From: Takakia lepidozioides
Taxonomy: Eukaryota > Plantae > Bryophyta
Reading direction: 5' to 3'
Length of the DNA: 25,000 bases
NCBI GenBank assembly: GCA_030704615.1
Contig: JAKLZA010000014.1
Location: 1 to 25,000 of the forward strand
The position numbers and the translations under genes were made by a program. Shown here in pieces: positions 1-10,710 of this stretch (within the stretch, counting starts at the first letter, position 1; the number at the start of each line of letters is the position of its first letter). The notes under the pieces are model-generated. The model worked only from the letters and a program-made list of their open reading frames with translations. It searched no databases and was not told the DNA's origin.

Positions 1-228
1 GTCAGGACTTGGTATGTCGCATGGGGCTGTGGTTCAAGATTGGACATTTAGGCTTTCGGGCAAAACATGCTCGCAGCGCCATCAGGATCCGCCAGTGGGA
101 AAATATTTGGGCTGAATGGTATACAAATGATCCTTGGGACCTTCTGGAGACAAATGGAGGTCTTACAAAGTCATGTCTTACTAACTTTTGCCGGCTGGGT
201 TCATGTTGCGCATGTATGGTGGATGCAG

Positions 229-1153
229 ATCCGCCGTTCCTCGTACCACGACGTCATTCGTGTTTCGGAGATTCAGAAGGTGCTGGACATCACCAGTGTA
301 CAGACATACATTATCAACAGTGCTCGTGTACTGTTTTTGAATGAAAGACCACAACCAAGGCCAGCCAAAGGTGTCACCAACACTTGCGAGACTTGCGAAC
401 GCAGCCTCCTGGACACATTCCGCTTTTGTTCCCTTGGTTGTAAGGTATACATGTACTACTTTAATAATGTCTCCTGTCAAGCTGTACTGGAATTCTTGGT
501 GCTGTGCTGATCAATGCTTCTTTATCCTGTCTTAAGCACCTCAGTCATAGATGAAGGTGGGATGTAGCAGTAAAATTCATGAATTCATGAAACTTGGCTC
601 AAGTGTCCCTGGACTATTTTCTGGAGATGTCCATGAAACATCCTATATCCCCGAGTTCAAAGTCATGTTCACGGTTCATGGAAGGTTTTATTGAGAAGGT
701 CTTTTGTCTTTACAATGTGTGCAGCTAGAGGGAATCAAAAGGCATGGCGATCTGTCATTTATTTTGCAACCAAGATCGCAAGCTGCAGCTGGAGTAAGGA
801 CTGCGTCTGACTCTGAGGACTCTTCTTCACACAAGAAGGCTCCACGATCGAAGAAGGTTTCACAGTTGCCGTCATCTCCTCTGCTTCATGGAGGATCAGA
901 GGTTCACGACAACGCACCAGACCATGACTCTTCCGACGAGGTTGCAGCCTACAAGACACAGTCCTTTGTACCTTTGCGTGAGGGGTTTCAACAAGGGGGT
1001 TCTCTGGACCTGCAAGCAAGCACCAGCTCTGCTATCCACTCGCCATCTCACCATCTTCTAGATATCTCACCCCGGACACCGGTGCCTTTCACGTCCCTCC
1101 GCACTGCGAAAAGGCGGAAGGGGATTCCTCACAGGGCCCCTCTAGGAGCCTAA
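229..1153 (+). CDS. PLATZ: PLATZ family plant AT-rich sequence- and zinc-binding transcription factor, 5'-partial; exons 229-444 and 725-1153
   Basis: Exon 229-444 (acceptor tgcag|ATC, donor AAG|gtatac, 72 codons) encodes [12 protein letters not shown]...[21 protein letters not shown]...[20 protein letters not shown], the PLATZ core. Exon 725-1153 (gtgcag|CTA) ends in the conserved [10 protein letters not shown] motif and TAA. Upstream exon(s) lie outside the window. Confidence 0.95.
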
Positions 1154-2963
1154 CAAGGTCCGAATGGTTTGATAAGTATATGTTGTACAGGGAAGGCGTG
1201 TTGTGCAGCAATGAAACCTCTGTGCTTTTATCAAGAGATGGTATGCCGTTGTCTCAATTATTGTATATATACGTGACCAGGACTATCTGTCGCTCAAAAC
1301 TTGATGATCATGGGATCGGGCAGGAGCTTTGCCAGGATGTTGAGCTGCATCACTCAGTGACCAGTTTGTGTACAGGCATGGATGGGGTTGTGGAAGGATG
1401 TGGCCTGGACAACCTATGTGAACTGTACTTGAATCTAGATTAAATACAACAGTGATCATCTTAAGTGTATATAACAGGAAAGGATGGCACTGGACATCAG
1501 GTATTGTGATTGTGACCTCGGGCAAGTGGGTGCCAACATATATCAACCTTGCGTTTCAATGCAGGCGCTGTGGTGATTCGAACGAAGATGACCAGCAGCG
1601 ATATGAGAATATGGCGGTTGGTTTGAGTTCAAGATTGTGTACATGATGTTGTGTTTCTAGACTTTCCTATCATGATCTTCAGATGGCATTCTCGACGCAC
1701 CGTGAGATTGTCTGGACAGGCCTCTCTTTGTGAATACAAAAGTGCTTGTTATCGGAGCTTGGTCGATCGACCTGCGTGGAGAGCGTATCTGCATGATCAG
1801 TCAGCAGATCGTTGTGTTGCACAATGTCGGCTCGGTGGAATGAGATCAGTTGACAGTCAGATGCCTCAGCTCACATATGGGATAACCAGAGCCAAGGAAA
1901 GAGCTCTCTCGAGCACGGGTCTGGAGATACTGGATGTGTTGGTCGCTGCACTGTGCAGACAGCTAGAACTTATGTGTTGGTTGGAACTTAGTTAAATTGT
2001 CGAACTTTGAACTTGAATTCAAAGTGTTCATCTCTAGCGTATATTTCCAACTTAGTTGATCTGTGTATAAGTGATGGGAGCCTGGTCTGGACAAGCTGGG
2101 CACCCACCAGACATCAGAGATTAGAGGGATTCACACGCCCACGTATGTGAAATGTACTATTGTTTTGAATCAGATTTAACAAATAAAACTAACGCAAACA
2201 CCTTTATGTTGTACTGGAATGTGTCGTGTGTGGACAACTTGATCTGCAGCGGCCTCTCTTTGTTGAAAATGGTGATTTCTATGCAGTGCTCCTCAAGGTT
2301 GTGAGATCTCATTTGCAAGCAGCATCTCTTTATCAAGCTCAGGTAGCTCGTTTTCTTTAATTGCTCCTGAAGGTTTGCACAGACCTCGTCCTAGGATCTG
2401 AGTGCTTGTCCGGGATTAGTAAAGCAGACGATTTAAAGCTGGTTGCTGAATCTCTATGACAGGTCTGTATGTTTCCAAGTTACACTCACGCTGAAGTCTC
2501 TCCCTTCTGCCACATGTCTCTTCATACAAGTCCTAGATAATCTCCCGGTGCAGCTTTGTGAAGATGAATATATGTACAAGTTTGGTCAAAGCTTTTCAAG
2601 TTCAAGGCAATTCTTGCAGGTTAAAACGTAGATCACATACAACATGTGTCGATAGCTCTGAGAGTGATGTGCTGATTAGACTCAGAAGCTAGCTAGGCTC
2701 CCTGTCTTCTGAAGTCGGTTGGTTAGATGGGCAGTCCTGATGATCAGCGTGCCTGTCTGGAGATGTGTGGACACGCAGGCTACTTGATGAATGCATGATC
2801 TCTACACTGGAAAAGCGCCCCACCTGGCGGATCTTTATTCCAAAAGCTAGCATCTAAATCATCTAGTCACATGAGGCTGATGGGGGACGTCACCTCCGTC
2901 AATATGCCACATGTATGTTGCGTACACACACTTGGCGGATCTCAAGCTATGATCATGCGGACT

Positions 2964-3033
2964 CTCTCCTATCCGCAACATGGAGTGTGCACGCACACGC
3001 TCCTCTCACTCTCCTATCCGCAACATGGAGTGT
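2964..3033. repeat. 25-bp direct repeat, two exact copies 45 bp apart
   Basis: ctctcctatccgcaacatggagtgt at 2964-2988 and 3009-3033. Confidence 0.85.
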
Positions 3034-3257
3034 ACGTATATCCCAACCCAGGTTGCTTTCATCCAGTAGACTGCAGCGGTGGACCTCTTCCGTTGATACC
3101 ACTGTTTTTCCATTGCAATCTTATTTAGTGTTGATCCCGAGGTTCAGAAATTTGTAAAGACTCTAGTCGTTGTCTCTAACAAAAAATAGGACTCGTAGAG
3201 CTCGTAACTTGGGCTCCAAGCAACTGTTCACACGTCGACAGTACGAAAGTTATCTAC

Positions 3258-3284
3258 TTCTCCTTCTTCTTCTTCTTCGTCGTC
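3258..3284. repeat. (CTT)n microsatellite grading into CGT
   Basis: ttctccttcttcttcttcttcgtcgtc; it produces the spurious poly-Arg tail of ORF 3250..3450. Confidence 0.75.
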
Positions 3285-4610
3285 TTTGATCCTTCACTGC
3301 AACTTCAGTGTGAAAAGACACATCTGTGGCCGGCGACCAAAAGCGTGGCAGCTCGGAAGGGGTAGACGAAGGAGGCGGCGTGCCACTTGCCGGTTCCTTG
3401 GGTGGAACACTTCCCGGCCACCTGCAGCGTAGCTCATGACCTGACGTCATGCTGGGTCCCGTGCACGGAACTAGTGTTGTCGTTGGCCCACATGGTCGAG
3501 TTCATGACTGTCTTCATTGACTTCCGCAAGGATGAGAGGAGGAAGAAACAAAGTTAGTTTTGTGGAAGCTGCTGGAGTGCTCGCCCTCCACCTAGTCCTC
3601 ATGACAAGAGCAGAAAACAAAATAGAATGGTGGGTTGGGGACGGATGTGGGCCAGGGGTGACCCGCAGCCCCGCTTCTTTGTTCCTTCCTTAAGGACTAA
3701 TAACCTACAGGTTGCTTATTAGTTGGGATATGTGCACGGCATGTGGAGGCAAGGCCGGTAAGTGAGCAGTGATGATCATCACTAACTTCAATGTCCTCAA
3801 GAGGACCGTTTCTTCTCTAGGTCTGTCAGAGATTACTATGTCGGTGTGGAATGTGGGTTTGTAGATTCAAAGACAAAAGTCACGCCAAATATGGGGCTCG
3901 GCATATGATGCTTGGCATCATGTGTGGGGCGGCACAGCCCACATGGGGAGTGCCACCTTGGTCCTTGAGAGTGTCCCTTTACACCAATGGCCTCTACTCC
4001 TAACAATAGCCTTCATCCAAGTGTTGGCCAGCTTCAACAGGCATATCATTAGCCGGGATCCCTAGAGGGATCTCATGGCCCTTCTGGGCATGCATGGTTC
4101 CCTTTTCTGACAGTACTGGAATCCATCTCTTGGGGGCTGGGCTGGTGTGTGAGAATCACTTTTTGTTGCTCTCTTCACAAATCTTTATGCTGTTCCAAAG
4201 GATATGCAGACTGAGCGTTGCTCTGGAGGGGGTGTGAAGCTTCCTATATTTCCCGTTGAATGATCCTAAGTAGAGAGATGCGCAAAACATTAGAATTGGA
4301 TTAAACCCTCTTAGTCACAAACACATAACAAGACAAGCGGTAAGCTCTCTCTAAGTTTATACATAGTCCGCCCCTGTCCTTTTGTTTGTTTGTTTTCTGC
4401 CTTGTCTTTTCCCATTATTCAAAGTCTTGTTCCGTTAGCATGAGCATGGGATTTTGGTAAGTAGCCCGAGTTCGGAGTTGGGCTGTGCCTTCCAACCATG
4501 ATTGACAAACTGCATTTGTCGTTTGGGTGTCAGATTAATCGTTCTGCTACAAAAGCTCATCATTGTCCCCTTTACCAACCACTATTCCCTCCCAAATGAC
4601 AAATTATAAC

Positions 4611-5611
4611 TTAATACATCGACTCTGAATTGAATGACGTCCGTTCCACGGCGAATAGAATGTAATGGCCTTTGCCAAGTTGTCGTCGGTTTCCACGTTA
4701 ATACATCGACGGTTTATCGAATGTAATGTCCTTTGCTAATGTCCTTTGCAAAGGTTGTCGTCGGTTTGTTTCCATGTAACACATCGATGGTTTATCGAAT
4801 GTAATGTCCTTTGCAAAAGTTGTTGCCGGTTTGTTTCCATGTAACAGATCGACGGTTTATCGAATGTAATGGCCTTTGCAAAGTTGTGATCGGTTTCTAC
4901 GTTAACACATCGACGGTTTATCGAATGTAATGTCCTTTGCAAAAGTTGTCGTCGGTTTGTTTCCATATAACAGATCAACGGTTTATCGAATGTAAGGGCC
5001 TTTGCAAAGTTGTCATCGGTTTCCACGTTAACACATCGACGGTTTATCGAATGTAATGTCCTTTGCAAAAGTTGTCGTTGGTCTGTTTCCATGTAACACA
5101 TCGACGGTTTATCGAATGTAATGTCCTTTGCAAAGTTGTCGTCGGTCTGTTTCCATGTAACACATCGACGGTTTATCGAATGTAATGGCCTTTGCAAAGT
5201 TGTCGTCGGTTTCTATGTTAATATTTCGACGGTTTACTGAATGTAATGGCCTTTGCATAGTTGTCGTCGGTTTCCATGTTAAGACATGGACGGTTAAATT
5301 GAATGTATGGCCTTTGCAAAGTTGTCGTCGGTTTCCATGTTTAATGCATCGATGGTCAATTGAATAACGTAATGGCCTTTGCAAGTTGCTGGATTGTTCA
5401 ATATGTTTGACAAGTCGGCCGCAAATTTTACAACTCAAAGTCCTCATATCTTTTAAAGGAGCGTCGGATGTCAAAGTTGTGTTTTTGGACAGAGCAAAAC
5501 CCCAAATTTTTCTAACGTGATGTCCTGTGTGTTGACTCATAGCCGATATGATCCGTGGGCCGACACTTAGTGCGGTCACCACCTTCCAGTGTCAGCTTTA
5601 TATTATATAGA
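4611..5611 (-). mobile_element. Putative non-autonomous Helitron-like element carrying the tandem array (5' end at 5611; 3' end not found)
   Basis: The minus strand from 5611 reads TCTATATAATATAAAGCTGAC, resembling Helitron 5'-TC AT-rich termini, and internal minisatellites are common in Helitrons. Against: the preceding base is C rather than A, and no hairpin+CTRR 3' end was located. Confidence 0.35.
4658..5388. repeat. Tandem minisatellite, about 11.5 units of 61-65 bp in two variants
   Basis: Units begin gaatgtaat (or close variants) at 4658, 4719, 4797, 4862, 4923, 4988, 5049, 5114, 5178, 5239, 5301 and 5362 (partial). Consensus is roughly gaatgtaatg(g/t)cctttgcaaagttgtcgtcggttt(gttt)cca(c/t)gt(t)aacacatcgacggtttatc. 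A degenerate unit end lies at about 4611-4635. Confidence 0.95.
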
Positions 5612-5699
5612 GGGGGGAGGGGATGACCCACCGGTCGTATGGGAGGGTGAGACCATGTGAAGCTGACTCACTGAGTGGGTAGTAGCGCACGTTCTTCTG

Positions 5700-7200
5700 G
5701 CACCCACTTTCTTACTCACACAATGGAAGGGACTGCGGTATATGTATCTAGAAAGTTGAAGACTGCCCTGTAGTAGTCATGTACAAAGTCAAGCTCAGAA
5801 TCTACAAATGAAGGCAGACTTCCATTGGTTGTCAGCTATTATTGTGCAGTATCCGTGTACGAGTTGACTCTGTTTTTTATTCCCTGGATTTACTGTTGTC
5901 CGGTTCAACTGCATCCGTACTGTATATCCAATGTTGCAACATTGCAAGTTCAAGTGGAGGAACGGATCGTTTCGAAAATTTAAAGAAGAAACTTGATAAC
6001 CGTGATTGGTGTCCACTAACAAGAAGCCCAGATGGCAGAAAGCAAGGAGGATGGGAGGGGGAGAGAGATAGATCATAGCACATGTTATGGGCACAGCTGC
6101 AAATGGTTGGGAAGTCAATGTCAATGGAGCTGTGAAAGAGCTGGAGCTTCACAAACACTGTAACATGTGGTGTAGACGTGTAGGCTTCCTCAGGTAATGA
6201 GCAGTGGCATTAACGTCTTCATACCTGTGTTGGTCGTTCATACTTAAGTCCAGTGATACACTAACTTGGCGAATACCCTACTCCCAGGATTCAATTGCTT
6301 GGAGAGCATTCTCAGGTTATGGAGCAACCCCCAGGCAAACAATGTGAGATACTCAAGTACAGCAGCTTTTGGTAAGCTACCCCTAGAAGAACCAACCACA
6401 TTCCCTCACTATGAGAAAGATGCAGACTTCCTCCCCATGCATCTCGAAGAAGAGGCTGCGTTCCCAGTCCACCGAATTGACATGGGTTGCAACTTTCTTA
6501 TCCAATCGATAATTGTGTTGCCTGCCACCCAGAGACATCATTTACGGGCCTACTACACTGTGTCCACACAAATGCACTTATGAGCTATAAGGAAGCATGC
6601 GGCAAAGAGACGTGACTCGTTTCTGCTGCGCATGCATAAGAGTAAATTTTATCAATGGAGGAGACTTTGGGGTGATGTCGAGAGTTCCTGAGGTCATGGT
6701 ATGTCTTATCATGTCCCAGAGGAAAAATAGGATATGCCGGAGCTCTCCCCTTTGAAGTTTGGTGCATGAATCTCTTTTCAATGAGTCCAAACTTGCCTCT
6801 AGGACTTGCCACAGGAGAATGCAACTCCAGAGAGTGTTAGAGATTTTTTGTCCCATTGGATTCATCACCTGAATAACGCCATCTTGAAGTAGGATCCAAA
6901 GATACATAGCCCATCGTCACTTGTCTTCAAGGTATGCATGCCCTATGGTACTATCAGCAGTGCAGGTCCTTACCTGCCTAATCCACAGCCATCCCTTCCT
7001 GCTCCATGGAGCCATAAACAGCCAGAAGGCCAAAGAGTACATGTCCATATAATGCAATCTTGTGTATTTGTGTTCACTGCTTGAGTTGATATATGAACCA
7101 CACCTTGCCCATGAATACTGCACTCTCTCCTTTCCAGTCACTCTCTTTTGACTCATATTTCTTGGCACTTTCTGGCCCTACTCCCCCCTTGCCCTGCGTC
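5700..7200 (-). mobile_element. Degenerate L1-type LINE ORF2 remnant (APE endonuclease and linker), many stops and frameshifts
   Basis: Minus-strand motifs in the expected order: QGKGGV (~7196-7179), FGLLAVY/AP..LW (~7034-6985), TYH...SSIDKIY (~6705-6643, like SRIDRIY), SSFFFKFSKR (~5996-5968, like GD..SKFFF), DFVHDYYRAVF (~5790-5758, like FY..LF). No RT motifs recognised. Confidence 0.55.
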
Positions 7201-7629
7201 TGTCTGTCTCTTGCTCTCTTTCTTTCTTATTCTCTCTCACTTAACCTAGATGCTGTCCAACATACGTCAGAACAATGACTGCGACCATTGTGTGCTTTGA
7301 GCCATCTGTTGTCATATTTTTGTTATTTGAAGCTCTAAGAATCTCACCAACCAGTGGCTTAAGCTTTTTGTGAAATTATCACAATGGTTACAAAAGAGAA
7401 CAATGATCAAAGTCCTCCCAAACTAACTCCTGGCGATATCAAAAAGCAGTTTAAGCATAAATCTTTGGTCTGCATAACCTGCTAGCTACTTGAAACAAAA
7501 AACCATTACTTTACATCTTCGAAGAAGCTCATAAAAAACACAACCTTCATTTTCAAAACACCTACAGATTTCCGGACCCAACCCCTCTATTGAGTAAACC
7601 TGATAAAACACAGCCGCAGACGAGGTAAA

Positions 7630-8423
7630 AAGAAATGCTTGCACATATGGATGGCGCTTTAGCCATTCATTCAATAGCCTTCCTAGGATCAGTAAAAACT
7701 CAACGTTGCTTGGATCGTCTGCATTTGGCCCTCGCCTGCGGAAAGGATGGCAGATTCGAGTAAGGACTGTCAGAACACATCTCTGAATTAGTTCCAACAT
7801 ATGGTCTCTCTCTGCAATTCTCTTCTCTCAATCCCCTCCATAAGCTGGGTTAGAATGTACCCATCCCAGTCCAGACTCCAGACCCCTCAGCTCAGGCAAA
7901 AGGTCTGAATCACTCTCTCACGAAAAGAGACATCAAAAAATAGCAAACTGCAATTCTATCGGGAGACACTCTTGGTCCTCTGTGACGAAAGAAACTTGCA
8001 GTCTAATTACCTTCTGCAGCTCTATCTACCTCTCTTCTGATCGCATCAGTGGGTTCCCAGAGTCTGCGGATAGAGACCGGTAGGTGGGAAAACATGCAAC
8101 ATGAGGACTGTCTACGCCCTGCTGGAAACAACAGGGAAATCGAAAATGAAAAACATTTCTTCTTTCACTGCCTTTCTACTATGAGATCCGTGGGAGATTC
8201 AATTCTCTATTCCGGGATACCCAATCTCTCAGAGGTCTTCCATTACAAGGATCCAAATTGCTTAGCAGCTTACCTGCATGAGGCGCCTACTCTAAGACAA
8301 TCCCTAAAGAAATAGTTGCTTTAGGGCTGCTTGTGGCCCCTCTCTCTTTCTCGTTTCTTGCCTACACTGGTCCAATAAGCTCTTCAAGCTTTCCGCCGAC
8401 ATTATAAAGTACCATTTCATTTC
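7630..8423 (+). mobile_element. 3' fragment of a non-LTR retrotransposon (RTE/RTEX/L2-like ORF2 C-terminal zinc finger plus 3' tail), decayed
   Basis: SKLQFY (~7940-7958), then GSQSLRIETGRW...EIENEKHFFFHC (ORF 8049..8315) continuing by frameshift into YYEIRGRF, the ORF2 C-terminal Cys/His motif. Ends in attataaagtac(CATTT)2c at 8401-8423, a short-repeat tail. Confidence 0.75.
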
Positions 8424-8519
8424 TGTCTAGAGGCTTTCTAGAAAGCCCGAACCTGTTTAAACCAAGGGAAGTCCTGCTACTGGAGTGAGCCCCTCACAAA
8501 GGTAGTGTCTGTTCCCTCT

Positions 8520-8725
8520 TGTTCCTCCCAAAGTGGGCGCAGGGTCTACGGCCACAAGGCTATAGCAAACAACGTCTTCTTAGTACACTCTCTCTTGCTC
8601 TCCCCCTCTCTCTCTCTCTCTTTATGTTCCGCCCAAACTGGGTGCAGAGTCTAAGGCCACAAGGCTATGGCAAATCACATCTCAGTGCATTCTCTCTCTC
8701 TCAAAACAAACCTCTCTCTCTCTAC
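8520..8725 (+). repeat. Two diverged copies (period 105 bp) of a ~70-bp cassette, each followed by (CT)n
   Basis: tgttcctcccaaagtgggcgcagggtctacggccacaaggctatagcaaa from 8520 and tgttccgcccaaactgggtgcagagtctaaggccacaaggctatggcaaa from 8625; CT runs at ~8588-8620 and ~8691-8723. Confidence 0.8.
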
Positions 8726-8739
8726 ACAACACATACCTC

Positions 8740-10710
8740 TTCTGCCATAGCTCTGCGGATGGGGGTGGATGAGGGCATTGGTCTCGTCACTGAGCTGAAT
8801 TGCTTGACTAGCATTTCCATCTCCATGTCCCTCGACTACTGGTGCAGGTTCCAATTGAGCAGCAATTCCTTCGAGCAGTGCTGTTTTAGTTGGAGCTGAT
8901 TCTCTGCTCAAATCCTTCCCTTCGTCCTTTGATGCCTCCACAACTGCTGGCTCGGACGTAACCCCTCCAGTGCTTGGGACCTCATCATCTCGTGCCACCC
9001 AACTCCCAGTATGATCCTCCTCCTCTATTGTCAAAAACCAGGGGAGGGCTTGAGCATCCATGAATGCTACATGGTGCTTTCGGGGCAACAAGATTGTTAT
9101 CATGCCCTATAAATCCAACGTCCAACAATCTACCATGAAGAAGCACAACTGCAGTGTAGGAGCAAGTTACCTTCCTTTGCCGACCCCCTCCTAAAAATAC
9201 TCTTGAGGAAGCCCCTAAACCCTCTCCTGCCGTCCCAGCAGCCCGTCCCCACACCCCATCAATTCCCAACTGTTAGATTAGAATATTTCAATACCCAATA
9301 TCTTTTGACAAACTGGGAAAGAAGAAGGCTACTCTCTTCGATTGGGAAACCTGGTGACAAAGAGGGAAATGAGGGAAAAGATGCATCTTGTTTACATAAT
9401 AAAACACCCCACCCTGAAATCCCAAGGATAAATTAACAGGCCCCTCTTTTGTTTTCCATTCTGAAAATCAACAGAAGTTTGGGTTCACCGTTTTGGGGGG
9501 GAGGGAGAGTCGGCCGCCATAGCCAATCCAGCCTACAAGATTCCTCCGGGATGAACAAGATGTGCCAGATCAAGAGAAGCCTGGTGGTGCTCTGAATGAG
9601 AGAACTCTCCTCGCAGTGGGAGGATGCTTATCACCGCCAGCACAAGCCCCACAACCAAGCTTGATGCTTGTTGCTAAGCACGTGCCCTTAGACCTCAACG
9701 ATCCACAAGCTTCACATGGCAGGAGACAGACCTCGAAAAACAGATTGTCATAGAGCTCGTGAACTGGCCACAAGAGTTTGAAAGGGAGAGGAAACACACC
9801 CACAGCGGCCATGCTGGAGAAGGCTCAACAGATGCACTCTCAACAGACAACATGAGGCCAATGACAGCCTTGAAGCCCTAGAAGTTTTGAAAGGACACAA
9901 CCGTGGATGACAATACTGATTCTGGATGACAAGGATGACATGTGATCCCATGGTATGAAACCCACTTACAACAAGGGTTCTTGCTAGAAAGCAATAACTG
10001 GTCATGTAGAACTCCACTTTTCATGGTTGCAAAATCTCAAGTACTTCAATGAGGATATGGGAACTGAGCAGATTGAAAGAAAGCGTTGCTGGGGTTGTCA
10101 CTGTTAGCAGCTTCATTCCTTTTCTGTATCAAGACAACTGTTAGGATGTGAATAACAAAGATATTTCAGGAGTTGATAGAAAAGCACAGATAAGATGCAA
10201 CAATAGGAAACCGGGGACGCCAAGACTGTCAATGTGCAGCTCACATTCACACAAAAGGCGGTAATGAGAGCTGTGATGAAACAGTAGAAGTTGTGATCCT
10301 GGTGATTTTTTCATCATCTAATCTATCGGAAGCTGGCAACAGCCTTCACCCATGTACAGATTTTGTATGCATCCTGTGAGAGCTTTAGCGCGTGTGAAAC
10401 ATACATACAGACTGCTGTAGTGCACTCACTGTGGGATCGCAGAAGTACGTACATACTCATACACTGGATATGTCCATGGGGACACCATGGTCACAGATTT
10501 CTGTTGAGCTCTCCCCTTCCCCATACCATCTCAATTGCCTCCTGGACAGTCAACATGAGAGGTACAAGAACAATAGATGTCTTAACCAACCTTTGGACAG
10601 TGTTGGAGAGACTCTCCTTTGTGAGAAGACAGTCGGAAATAATGGGCTCTAGTTCAGCAATTACTGGTGATAGTGGCTGGCCAATGGGTCCCAGAATCGT
10701 CAAGTGGTAG
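8740..10710 (-). mobile_element. Degenerate L1-type LINE ORF1 remnant (DUF4283-like region, decayed zinc knuckle, low-complexity C-terminus)
   Basis: Minus strand: VQRLVKTSIVLV...WGRGELNRNL (~10600-10494), LQP*KVEF...P..KWVS (~10032-9957), frameshifted GCF/LCKQD/HL resembling CX2CX4H (~9410-9370), then an acidic low-complexity stretch (ORF 8675..9103). Same strand as, and upstream of, the endonuclease remnant. Confidence 0.45.

Noticed and set aside
1180-3157. Short ORFs downstream of PLATZ
   Set aside because: No domains or coherent exon chain; consistent with 3'UTR and intergenic DNA.
3435-3475. Plus-strand Helitron 3' end (ccgtgcacgg aa CTAG|T)
   Set aside because: The palindrome is only 10 bp and 2 nt from CTAG, shorter and closer than typical, and no matching 5' end was found.
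3300-4600. RT-domain continuation of the L1, or an LTR element
   Set aside because: No convincing RT, gag, integrase, PBS or LTR motifs could be read on either strand.
4658-5388. CRISPR-like array
   Set aside because: Units are contiguous with no unique spacers, there are no cas genes, and the context is eukaryotic.
4736-5582. ORFs 4736..5197, 5109..5582 and 5185..5367 as repeat proteins
   Set aside because: Unit lengths of 61 and 65 bp are not multiples of 3, so the frames scramble; these are by-products of the array.
5840-6200. KDZ or MULE transposase on the plus strand (GE...LWAQL, CYGHSC)
   Set aside because: The resemblance is vague and split across frames; ordered L1 ORF2 motifs on the minus strand explain the region better.
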